In this document: one piece after another, positions 35,809-47,700 of the stretch
Layout of the letters: each line of letters starts with the position of its first letter
Numbering within the stretch: position 1 is the first letter of the stretch
DNA from: Marsupella aquatica
Taxonomy: Eukaryota; Plantae; Marchantiophyta
Direction of reading: 5' to 3'
NCBI GenBank assembly: GCA_973895155.1
Contig: OZ316893.1
Location: 24,293,520-24,357,519, forward strand
DNA length: 64,000 nt
The notes under the pieces: model-generated
Database searches by the model: none
Told to the model about the DNA's origin: nothing
What the model saw: the letters and a program-made list of their open reading frames with translations, nothing else
Program-made: the position numbers and the translations under genes

Positions 35809-38800
35809 ATGGGATCCATTCGAGTACAGCCAGATAGGGCAGTAGTACGCGCAGCTGCATCATCCTCTGTCGAATCAATTTTCACTCGGTGTCCTTGTGG
35901 CACCGTTCAACAGAGACAATCGCCTAATTTCCTGATAAGTGTGAAATTCCGGCCTGTGGAGTTCCGAAAGAAGTCTTCATCATTGTCATCCGGAAGTGTC
36001 ACAGATTTGTCAAGAAGATTCTCTCGTGTTGTGCCTTTGAGGTCGCTTCCTAGTGGCCCGGGAAACTCTTCCACAGAGAACCCGGCCTCAAATTCGAAGG
36101 AACTTGAGTCTTCGTCTGCATCCAAGGATGGGTCACCCTATGTGCCTGGGGATAAGCAGGAGCCTTCCATCACACAGGACCTTAAGAAGACGGCAGCTCA
36201 GATTGCTTTGGAGAGAGCAGCAGCATACAAGAAGCTGAAGAAATTGGGTGCTCCTTCAACAGGTGGTCAGGTTGGACAGATGAGCTCAGTTTCTCCTCCG
36301 CCTAAATTGCCACCAGAAAATGATTTGCCTCAAATTGTAATCATCAGGGGCCAGAATGTTCAGTCCAGATTGCAATCTACTAATCCCCTTACCTCCGCAC
36401 CGTTAGATTCTTCTCCTGCTACACCATTAGGCACTTCCACACCGTTGACAAGTGTAGGTAGGACAGGAGATGCTAAACGCAGTGAGAGTCAGGATGGGAA
36501 GAACATTGACGTTCTTAGCTTCATAGAGGACAAAATGGCAGCAGCAGAAAAGGAAGTGAATTCGGAGGTTGAGCTAGCTCCTACACCCTCACCGAGTAAA
36601 GGGAAGCAGCTGGAACTCGTGTCACTAGCTGCCTTTGAAAGAGCAAAAGCTTACAAGCAGCAGCAGTCAGAGATGGTTGCTGCTCTCCGAGGGGAAATCC
36701 TTGGAGCATCCTCGTCGAGCAATTCCAAAGAAAGTGGTAGTTCTGACCAGTCCGCCGTAGCTTCAGACGAGAAGGTTATGGAAATTGAGATTGTAACCAG
36801 AGATGGTGTAATCAAGAGAAAGGTAATGAGTGCCGAGGAGCAAATGAAAGCCTTCTCCAATATAAAGGATGTGAAGAGGCGGGGAGTATCTGGTATAGAT
36901 TTTGCAGGTCTTGGGTTTGCAGACAAGAAGAAAGCTGGGAGGCCAGCTGGACTGAGTGAGGGTTTTGCTGCCCCCCCGACCGGAGCGCTTCCAGAGGTTG
37001 AGATTCTTACTCGGGATGCTGGGAGTCCTCAAATTGGGAGCGAGGAACAACCAGGCCAGGATGCAGAGCAGCTTTACAAGCCGAGAATTTCTACTTGGGG
37101 AGTATTTCCACGTCCTGCTGATATCTCCAAGGCGGTAAGTGACTTCTGCCTTGTTCTTTAATTGATTGACTGCTTCACACCATCGTATGAAATAGCGCTG
37201 CCCTGGATGGTGTGCTCCTGCAATGATTGACATCCAAAATGGCAATATGTTTTGCAGTAGATTCTCATTGACGTTGTTGAAGGAGTTTATACAGTAGAGT
37301 TCCAAACTTCTAGTGGGTGAGGGAGTCGACTGGAAGTTCTATTGACGCCAAGACAATCGTTTGTTTAAACTGATTTGGTCATTGGTTCTTTGTGAATGTA
37401 TCCTAGATTTCGTTCGTCTCTCTGTCCAGAGGTTTGCTACCAAAATGATAGTTTGATTTTCTTGGCTAAAGTTTCACTAGTCCTTGCGTTTTTTCTCTGC
37501 ATCTTCGCACAAAGGTCAAACTGTCATTCATCGCTGAAAATTGCTTATTTGAGGCCATGGTGAAAGTCCCTTCACATTTCTGCTTTGGGAAGAACATTAT
37601 TCATGCTGTGACTCGGAAAGACAGGGTTTTTCCCTCGGTCTTTTATCGACGACAAAAAACTGAGAACACGAACATGCAAAGTGATGAGGTGGTACCAGCA
37701 TTTGTGTGAAGGGACTTACATATCCTAAGAAATATTGTTACACAAAGCGTACTCGCACCTATGTGACCGATGTTCTCGGCGAAGTTGTGGGTGAATTTCA
37801 TCGCTCGGATATTGTTTTCACCAGTACGGAGGGGGACGGACGATCAGGCCGGGAGAAAGTTTAGAAACAGAGGAAGAGAGGGAGGTACGAGAGGCTCGAA
37901 CTAAAAAGCTACTTGCCGATTATAAAAAGAAGATGGGACTGGATGTCGATCCAAAGCTCAAGGCCGAAGCTGAGAAGGTAACTCCAGCACGTACTAAATG
38001 TTTGTTCTTCTTAGAATCGCAAAATGCATGAAGATTCAAATTAAACCTTGTGACCACCGAAGTTTGGCAAGTCCAAAATGTTTTACTCTATTTGAAAATG
38101 CACACGTAGATCAGACTGGGGATACTTTTCCAATTTCAGACGGGCCAGGGCTTTTGATTATTTCTCACGACTTGAAATTGATTTCAGGTTGTCAAGCAAG
38201 GAGACAGTCTTATGGACAATGGACGGCTGAGAGAAGCCCTCCCGTTCTATGAGTTAGCAATGCAGAAGATGCCGGCTAAGGTATCCGGTCTCTCTTTCTC
38301 GCTGTTAGTCTCGTGGCCCAACTTATCCCAATTGGCTTTATTGTTAATGTTCATTGCCCCCTCCACGCCTTTCTTTGATCTGAAAAGTCGTTTTTACTCA
38401 CGGAATAAGCTCTCGTCCGATAGTCTTACTGGTACCATGAGCACTGCAGATGATATGCATTCATCCATGCAACAGTTTCCAAAGTAAGCTGCCAAATAAT
38501 GAGGCTACATCTGCAAAGATTTAGACTAACTAATTGTATTTCTTGATCCTTTTAGTGCTGTTGGAAACGAGGGGATCAGTGTGGGCTCCTGGGGAATGCA
38601 GTTTGTCATCCTGTGGTCCTCGAATAATGTTTCTGACAGAATGTAATCAACTTTGGTGCAGAGTGAATTGCACGGAAGGGCAGCTCTTCAGGCCGCAGTT
38701 TGTCTTGATTCACTAAGCAGGTGCTTACCACCAGAGTCTCATGGGTTTGCTCGATATGTTGGAAATTAGAAAGCCGCGTTGGGTGTTTATATGGGTCTTT

Positions 38801-39585
38801 GCATTATGTAGGCATCAGCAATGTCATCTAGAGCCATCGTACTAGGCAGGTAACTCCACGGTTCCGAATTCAGTGGAGAGAATGAATGAAATCTGACGGG
38901 ATAAAATGAAGCTAAAGGAAACCCAGTGAAAGCTTGTCTAACCGAACAAGACAAATAAGTACTAAGAATGAATGAGGAGTTCTTGTCCTTCTGCATTGTC
39001 TATGAGGTTTCTAAAAGCGAAGTCCAGATACTGATATAATGATAGTAACTTTTGCGTCGGGCTAGGCAGATACGATGAGGCTAAGCAAGTTTATGAAAGG
39101 CTTCTAGGACATCCCAATGGAGCAATCAGTAAACAGGCCCGACGGTTTCTGTATGGATTCACGGTATGCCCTCTCTGAATATCCGTGTCATGTGTTGTCA
39201 GCGTTCTGTGTTCGACATCTGACCTAGGAAATAGAAGTAATTTTCTGATGGAGTCTTATGGACATGACCTGCACTCCTTGAAAACGAGAGAACAGGATGA
39301 TTCTAGAGGACTACTAAGATCCCCTGAGATTCCTTTCGAAAGGACAGAGAGGAGTCTAACTTTGTGTGCTGATTTCAGGCCATGGAGAAGCTAAAAGTGG
39401 ATGTAGGATACCAATGGGACACATCCACATATCGAAGGTACTTCGATTCGTTTGCAGATGGTTACAATTCAACGTACAAGGCCGCTAATGGGGAAGAAAC
39501 AAAGGAAAATTTGCTTCCCTATGCGTTACTTCTATTATGTCCAATCCTTCTGGTGTTTGCCCTGGCTGCATCAAAATCTGGTTAA
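35809..39585 (+). CDS. Conserved uncharacterised plant protein with TPR-like helices and a C-terminal TM helix, probably plastid-targeted (resembles Arabidopsis At2g38780 family from memory)
   Basis: Exons 35809-37134, 37825-37977, 38188-38280, 38662-38720, 39070-39163 and 39379-39585 splice in frame. They give SGIDFAGLGFADKK, YKPRISTWGVFPRPADISKA/YGGGRTIRPG, LMDNGRLREALPFYELAM, SELHGRAALQAAVCLDSLS, AKQVYERLLGHPN and a hydrophobic tail LLPYALLLLCPILLVFALAA. Confidence 0.88.
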
Positions 39586-40899
39586 AAGACTGACCTTCCG
39601 ACTATTGTCCACCCGTTTGCTCACGTCTGCTTCACCAATTCACTTCCAAATGATTGTGAAGGTGGATAAATTTGTAATCACTTCTATTTACCAATTGCGC
39701 TGAGCTCAGGGTGTTCGAATTTCTTGTGCTTAAACACCTGGCCTATCAAACAGAATCTGAGTTTTAAGAGATGATTGTTAAAAGCTGAGCGAGCAGGACT
39801 GGTGCATCCCTTCATGCACCTCCTGGTTACATCAAAATAATAGGTTCCCTCGGGTTGGAGCTAAATTTCCAAAGCTGACCGTGAATATCGCGTTCGTGGG
39901 CAATTTGGTGCCATGGCCTTTCTAAAATAATGTAGCTGTCGCGCAGAACTGCAATAGTTCTTATTCTGGGAGGTGGACCTAGGAACTGTCAAAGGTTCTC
40001 CTAATGCTGCTCAATTCAATGCATTCTCAACATGACGATATTTTGCTACGAACACAGCAGGGATTGCTCTTTTCAATTAAAATTTGGCCTTCCGAAAGTC
40101 TGCTGAAGTAGACCACACGATGACACCAAAACAATGAACGTCAACATACGTACCATGATCAGCTCCGGGCTGTTCACGCTAGAGAGAACACATTATATAA
40201 TTTTGAGTTTGACATTTACCGTACTTCATGGATTAGGAATGAGGATTCGCGCAATCTATCTCTCAGGAGACGTCCTGCGTGCGTTGGACAGAACAAATTA
40301 TACAATTTTGAGTTTGACAATTACCGTTCTTCATGGATTAGGAACAAGGATTCTCAGGAGAGTCCTGCGTGCGTTGGATGCCAGTGTGGTGTACATCGTG
40401 AAGCAGGGCAACTGTTCAGATTCAATGCCCGAAACTTCGTGTCCTCGAGATGATGAATCATGTTGACGTTCGCTGCAAAGGCACGGAAAACAATTTGCAC
40501 GGTTTTTGTGGACCCAAGTGTAGAGAGGCTGCCAATTGAGACTTTCAGGGCTGTTCAACGGGCAGAGACTCATCATCCGGACAGAGACTCATCATCAGGC
40601 TCCCGATCTGATTGGCATCGCCGCCCACCTGCCGACCCTGAAAGCAATGTCAAAGGATGGAGAAGCGTCTTTTGCTGCTGCAGGTCTTACGAGGTAGAGG
40701 CTACAGTACTAGCAATGGCCAGGGGTTTGCTTTGCAAAAGTGAGAGCTGGACGAATCTTTTTATGGTCACATTTACGACTCACATGCCCACAGCAGCCCA
40801 CATGCTAATGCAGGGCAGGAAAAATGGGAATGAGGGCTCGGCATGGAGGGTATTATTGTATAGCTAGCTCAATACCCGTGGATTGCACAAAAGAAGTAG

Positions 40900-41160
40900 T
40901 GTCAGCCGATGTTGTTGAGAAAAAAAGATGTCGTGTCAGTCAAGAGGAGGTTGTGGAGAGAAAAGATGTCGTGTTGGTCAAGCGGTCGTTGAGAAAGAAC
41001 GATGTTGCGTCGGCCAAGAGGATGTTGAGAAAAAAGATGTTGTATCGGCCAAGAAGTCATTGAGAAAAAAGATGTTGTGTCGGCCACTATGTTGTTAAAA
41101 TTTTTGTTGTTGTGTCGGTCAAGATGTCGTTGAGAAAAAAAGATGTAGTGTCGGCAAAGC
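40900..41160. repeat. Degenerate array of about 35-bp units
   Basis: The motif TTGAGAAAAAAAGATGT(C/T)GTGTCGGCCAAG recurs. Confidence 0.7.
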
Positions 41161-41231
41161 ACAGGTTGCAAAATCCCGTTCAGAATAAAGAAGTCATTTT
41201 GCCAAAGATACCATTATATGAAATATGTTTT

Positions 41232-41412
41232 TAAGAGAAAAGGTCTCATTTTACCAAAGATATAGTGAAGTAAAAGATGTTACAAGAGAAAAGTTTTCAT
41301 TTTGCCAAAGATATAGTGAAGTAAAAGATGTTACAAGAGAAAAGGTGTCATTTTGTCAAAGATATAGTGAAGTAAAAGATGTTACAAGAAAAAATGTGTC
41401 ATTTCACCCAAG
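41232..41412. repeat. 51-bp tandem repeat, about 3.5 copies
   Basis: AAGAGAAAAGGTGTCATTTTGCCAAAGATATAGTGAAGTAAAAGATGTTAC is repeated and appears as a 17-aa periodicity in ORF 41225-41458. Confidence 0.9.
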
Positions 41413-43515
41413 GTGTCTATATGTGAAAGATGTATATGTGAAAGATGTAGTGAAATAAAAATTTAAGGAGAAAAGGAGCAAGTCTTTTTCTTTGTTTTGC
41501 TTTTTTCCCAAAATGCCCCTGCATTTGAATGGCGACCACTCTATAAATTGGCGCAACGTTTATTATTGGTTTCAGGTTTAGGGTTTTAGGGTTTAGCAAA
41601 GATGACCATTATGTCGGTATCCTTTCAATCCCCGTGCAGTGCATAAAAGATGTTGTTTGGTTAAAGATGTTGAGAAATAGATTGTGGTGCAAAAGATATC
41701 GTTGAATAACAAAAAATTGTGAAATTATATTATTGCACAAAAACTTTTGTTGAGTGAAAGATATCATTGTGCAAAATAGTGACTACGGCACCCACAAAAG
41801 TTATCTTTTCTTTTTTTTCTTTTTTCTTTTTTTTCTCTTTGCACAAAAAAATTCTTGAATAAAAGATGTCATTGCACAAAAGACTGGCTATGACAACCTC
41901 AAAAGTATAACAAAGTGAGAGGTGTTTTTTTTCCCCTCCCTTTTTTCTCTTTTGTTCATTTTAAACCTTAACCTCCCCCTTTTCCCCCTTTTCCTATTTT
42001 TGGTCTTTTCTTTTTCTCATTCACCATCACTCCACTTGTCCGCTGCCCCTCCCCACCCATGCGAGATTGGAGCCCTTCGAGGGGCTGCCCTACATTGCGA
42101 GTGTGCCCCTCGCCCGACACCTTGCCATCAACGCCCATGCCATGCGCTTCATTATGTCTTTGGGCCTTAATACTTTTGTTTTGGGAATTGAAAATGACAC
42201 TATAAATGACTATAAAAATCACCACAAATATGGGGAGAATAGTTTTTTATAGATCTAGTGACTAAAATATTATTAACAATTAAGCTACTTTTACCAGTAT
42301 TACACAAAATTATACTGCACACAATATTGAATATGTACTATACTTATTTGCTTGTAAGTACAATATTTACTTGCATGGATCATGGAGGGAGTATCCTCCT
42401 TGATCCGAGTGCATTGATTTTTGTGTATTGTGTTAAAAGTCTTTCAATTTTTGTGTGTGTCTGGTGTGATTATTCTTGCTTGTCTTGGGCACTTGTGCAA
42501 CTTTTTGTGAGTCACATTAAACTCAATTCACACTTTGGCTTTATTGCTTACCTTTGACCAGATTTTTTAATTTTTGTGCCCTGCAAATTTAAATGATGAG
42601 CACTGTAAAAAGTGGCGCAATTGTGTATTATAGTTTAGGATGCGAGCAAACAAGAATTTTGTCAGTGAGGAGAGTGTTGTTAACAAGAGACTAATGAAAT
42701 TTAGTTTGCTATTTGCTGCCCTTTTCTGGTGTTTTTTCATGACATCAAATGGCTACTGTAGCTGGCTAGCAAATTGAGTAGTCCCCAAATGGATGTTATC
42801 AACCAGGTTGTTGTTAGCAAGACAGTTGGATACAGAAAAATTAGGGGTCATGTGAGAACAAAAATTGCTTGTGCAAGTAATCTTTTTATTTGTTTCCTTG
42901 CAGGCTACAATGATCCATATGAATAAGTAGTCTGATATTAATTGTCAAGCTTCGTCTTGGGGACAAGTTCGTGGGTGCTTACTGCTGTACTGAGATTTGC
43001 CATCTCCTTTCTTCAATTTGAATAGTAAAATTTCCACATCTGCAATCTTATTTCTAGAAAGGGCAGGAACACAATATGCATTAAGTGTGGACCCCATCAA
43101 CACATTCCCCCCCCCCCTCCATTTTCTAGGCAGTCTCAAACCTCCTGGGTTTGGCTCCAGTCATGGTCACACAAATTTTTGGGGAACTAAAGTGGTGGAC
43201 AAATATGTGTTTCCCATTGGGACCAGAGTCCAAACCTCATAGTATTGGGCAGGGAATTTCTTGCAGCCTTCAATTTTGAAATGCCATATTGGGTCTCTTG
43301 TATTTGGGATCCGGCCTCAGGGATACATTGAGCCACTTTATCCAACCTATTGGTGAGAGCCATGAATTACATTGAAGGAGACTATTCCCTGGAAGTCATT
43401 AACGACTTTCCTATATTGGCTGCCCGTACACCGTCCAAAAAAATCCATACATTGTGTCACCTGCTTATCAAACGATTTACACGACAAATACGTATTTACT
43501 CCTACTAAAATCATT

Positions 43516-44758
43516 TGTTATCGTATGACGGGAACGTGGAGGGACGCTATTAGGATTCTATTGCATGTAGGATGAGTATGTTTGATTCCGCTCCCGGAAG
43601 TGTAATTTTTGATCAAGTCTACCGACTAGCCCCTCTGCTTTTGATCAAGTCCCATGGACTACGCCACACACACACTCCTACTGGTCGCTGGTGGAGTGCT
43701 GTCACCACCCCCCCTACTCACACAGTCGACCAATCCGTGCAAGTAATCCTTAGACACTTCTTGGGAAAGAACACAATCGTGAGCCGAAAAAAATAACGCC
43801 ACACCAAAACTTGAGGAATCAAACCAAATCCATATCTTTTGGCAAAAAGTGATAACACATTGCAAGGACAACCCAGTCTCCTGCCGTCTGCCCAACTCCT
43901 GCCTCACTGGGGCAAGCGCTACACCTCTACCTCACTACTCTGGCTTGAATTCCCCTTCTGGCTATGAGCTAACTTCCCTAACACCAACACTAGACTGAGT
44001 TCTCCCCGTTTTCGCCCCTCGGTACCCTGCTGCGCCCGGTACCCTCCTGTCCCGGGTAGCCTCCTGGTCTTGGTACCCTCCTGTCCCGGGTACCCTGCTG
44101 CTCCTGGTACCCTCCTGGTCACGGTACCCCCTCGTCTTGGGTACCCTCCTTCGCCCTCGGTACCCTGCTGCGCCCGGTACCCTCCTGTCCCGGGTAGCCT
44201 CCTGGTCTTGGTACCCTCCTGTCCCGAGTACCCTGCTGCTCCCGGTATCCTCCTGGTCATGGTACCCCCTCGGTACCCTCCTGGTCTTGGGTACCCTCCT
44301 TCGCCCTCGGTACCCTGCTGCGCCCGGTACCCTTGCCTCTGGTACTCCTGGTACCCCCTGGCTCCTCCTGCTCACGGTACCCCCTGGCTCCGGTACCCCT
44401 GGTCTTGGTACCCCCTCGGTACCCCCTGGGTACCCTCAATCATGGTACCCCTCGGTATGGTACCCTCCCGGTACCCCCTCGCCCTCGCGGTGGTCTCGCT
44501 GCCCCGGTACCCTGGCTCCTCCCGGCTCCTCCTGCCTTGGCTTGCGGTAGCACCTAGGCTTTTAACAAAAACAAACAAAACACCCCCTTATATACCCTTC
44601 TACCCTTAACACTTAAAGTTCCTCTCCCTACTCCTTGCTATTGGGGTCCCCGGGAATGGCCATAAAACAATGGAGAATCCCCCAAAGCAGGGCCTTCCAT
44701 CAAGTTCTATTTCTAAGGGGCCCAACCTATAAAATACTTCGGTCCATCATAGGTGACG
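43516..44758 (-). mobile_element. Solo-LTR-like segment containing a GC-rich repeat array
   Basis: It starts TGTTATCGTATGACGG and ends CCATCATAGGTGACG (imperfect inverted termini). A minus-strand TATATAAGGGGG lies at about 44592. The flanks TCATT and GAATT only partly match. Confidence 0.35.
44013..44530. repeat. GC-rich higher-order tandem repeat built from GGTACC-centred subunits of about 17-18 bp
   Basis: A higher-order unit of about 138-150 bp starting CGCCCTCGGTACCCTGCTGCGCCCGGTACC occurs at about 44013, 44152 and 44302. There are many GGTACC palindromes and strong C/T versus G/A strand skew. Confidence 0.92.
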
Positions 44759-47700
44759 GAATTAACTTCAAAAATTAAAAAGCAGCGTATTTACAATGGT
44801 TATTTACATGGCACAACCTCAGTAAACAATTATGGAGGGTTTTCAGTGACTGGAACCCCGTCACACATTGATATTTTTTCTAAGTGTCACAAGAGTAGTC
44901 TGATCCCCACTTTTGGGTATGGTTTGTGTAAAGAGAAGTATGCCTGTAGCAGGATTCTAACTCCACACCTCCGGGTCCACACTTGCATAAGCTATCACTA
45001 TGCCAGAGCCTGCTGGACGAAAGCATGAGAGCTTTTCTTATACCTCTTTCCGTTGCATATACTTCAGGCAGTGGTACGGAGAGTCATTAATGACTTTCCA
45101 GGGACCAGTAGCCCTGAATTAGATTACATGGTTAATTTCAGAGAGAAAAACTCGAGGTTTTTTTTTGTGTTGTTTGCTTTATTTACAAGAAAACATTTGA
45201 TAGGATAGAAAATTTCTGTAATTCTACTACTGTAGTAATATTGTCCTTGTTTCACAAATATTGTATATTCCCTAGCAGGACCCAGGTACTCTCTATATAG
45301 TGCCTAATATACATAGGATCCCCAAGCCCAAAACCCCAATTAAGGGGGATAAACAGTGGAAGAAACTAGGCAAACCAGATAGCCAAAAAGCTGAAGAGCC
45401 AAAAAGCCCAATACCCCAAATGGCTAGTAGGTTCAGAGGTTATGAGCAGTCTGGGATGGTTGCCAAGCCATCCTCAGACTACAAGATCTGGTGGCTGTTG
45501 GTTTGGGGTCGCTTCCATGGAATTAATGCAAGGTTCCATGTCTTACGGGCAAGGAGTACTGCCACTCCGTCCCACCTGATGTCCACACATTCAATTTATC
45601 TACATACATGCAGAAATTGATCAAATGCTACAATCCACTTTTTAATTTAACTACTGAACACACAATACCAATTGCTTTCCTCCCCACTCCCCCCCTCCAT
45701 CATGCAAAATACTCCTTTCTCCCTTCATCCTAGTAATTGTTATCATGTCATTTGGGTCCAGCCCAGTTTGTACCTGCTGCCCCTTCCTGTATGGAACCCT
45801 GCTCTAAGGGCCAGCTTACTGGACAGGGCCAAAGAACAATGAGGTAAAAGCAAAACAGGTAGAGAGGACAAACTCAGAAACTAAGAAGAGGCAAATTCAA
45901 ACTCCAGGAAAAAAATAAGAGGTAAAGATTTACTAGTCAATTGTGTGATGAGCTAATGGTACACATATATAGTGCAATAATAGGTTATGATACAAGGGAC
46001 AAGACGAATGTGGGGAAAAGTCCACAGCCCACATTTGAGTGCCACATAATGCCCTTCATGATTTTGTCTTTGTAATTATCAGGGTAATATTGGAGAAAAA
46101 TTCCAGTCAAGATTTGGATCAGCTCATAACGAACATTCTCCTCTATTTCATTAAAATCAGTAAAACTAAAAATATTCAAATTATTAAGTGTATTAAGGTT
46201 GTGTTACCAAGCAGACAATAACAGCCCCTCAAAAGACAATAACAACCCCTCAAAACTCTAGCTTAAGCTCTCATTTTCTGGGGCACACAATGCCAGTAAA
46301 CTGAACTTTTCTATATACATCATTGGTTTGTGGAGCCCTTACTTATGTATGCTCAGGGAAGCTAATACATTGTCTCTTCTTCTTTTAAAATAGATAAAAT
46401 TCAAACATGATATAAAATACTGCAACATCAGTGTTTGCATCAAAATGCTCAAAGCATTCTTAAAGTTGCATCACAAATTTATTTTGAGGTTTCACAAGCA
46501 CCCTAAAATATTTTGTTAATCAGGTACACAATTTTAATAGTCATTCATTTTATACACAATCCAAGATGACACTATGCTAGTATCTGTTGTTGTGATTTTT
46601 TAATCAGCTAAATATTTCCCAAATTCCCTTTGGCAGATCCTCGCGCATTGATAAAAAGAAAATCAGGGGAACATTTGATATTATATGGCGATCTAACAAA
46701 TCCAATTGCTTGCACCTTTTCTTGTGAACATTGTCATTGCATTCTTTATTAGTCAATGATTGACTGATTGTTTGCATAAATCAATCAGATTTAATGGCAA
46801 AAGTTACTCATTGTTTTTTAATAAATTAAATTTGATTAAAATATTCATTATAATCAAAAGAGTAAATAAAATGGTTAAATTAGTTTATTTAATCCCCCCT
46901 CTTGGTTATTGTCAACATTAATCCTTCCTAAGTTTAATTGATAAATTCAGGCCTTACCCTACATACTAACACTACTCTTTATTCCAAACATGCAGAATAT
47001 GGCTCGGGGTGGGAATTTATGATGTGGCAGAAATAGAAGGCGGGAATTCAAAACCGCTTGTCCTTGGGTGAGCATTGCATAATTCTAATGGGCACTAAAG
47101 TATTCATAATTCAAGTTTTAAGGAAGCCACCCAATAGGTCGAGTGATGGCGGGAACTCTACAGACTGGCGGACAGGTCACAAGGGATACCACACTGTTCA
47201 TACACTAGTTCACAATTTCACATGGATTGGTTGGGACACAAAACCGGACGGTGTGCCGAAGTTTGTGGGCACCCACTTTGTGCGTTTGTTGGTGAAGAAG
47301 AGTCCAGAGTCCAGAGTCCAGACTTCTGATGAGTCGGGCCTAAAATAATCGGCTGATGATCAATGTCGGAGGCGAGGTTCTGGAGGAAGCTATGGCCGTC
47401 GATCGCCAGAAATTAACAGAATTACTGTAGAAGGAACATTGCTCGAAGTTGTCAGCCTTGAGGACCTTTTCACTGTACATTCCGCAAGCAGCTATCCACT
47501 CGAGATCTCCAGGCTTGGCGTTGCCATGGAAGAATCTGCTGCTCCTGATTTCGTAAAATGCTAGTGGGTTAGGAGCCTCCCCGTCATTGCGGGCTTGTGA
47601 GGTCGAGAGGAAGAAGGGCCTAACTTTACTCCCAAACAAGCATCAATGAGCAGTCTCTTGAAAATCCAATTGCTGCAGAAGTTCAGCGCAAAGACGGGGA

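Larger units (their letters stand above)
40864..42253 (-). mobile_element. Possible non-autonomous Helitron-like element with internal tandem repeats
   Basis: On the minus strand it begins A|TCTATAAAAA (42253) and ends with a degenerate GC hairpin (plus strand CCCGTGGATTGCAC) about 10 bp before CTAG (40864-40867). The 3' flank is not the canonical T. The interior is AT-rich and repetitive. Confidence 0.4.
43360..45131. mobile_element. Decayed TIR element (about 65-bp imperfect inverted ends) enclosing a solo-LTR-like insertion
   Basis: 43360-43424 (CCATG..TCCCTGGAAGTCATTAACGACTTTCC..CTGCC) approximates the reverse complement of 45066-45131 (GGCAG..GGAGAGTCATTAATGACTTTCCAGGGA..CATGG). Confidence 0.5.

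Noticed and set aside
41225-41458. Repeat protein REKVSFCQRYSEVKDVT
   Set aside because: It is the translation of a 51-bp tandem array inside a TE-like region.
43919-44609. Pro/Gly/Tyr-rich (extensin- or collagen-like) proteins from overlapping ORFs
   Set aside because: ORFs occur in multiple frames on both strands as a by-product of a GC-rich repeat with few stop codons. There is no signal peptide or splice context.
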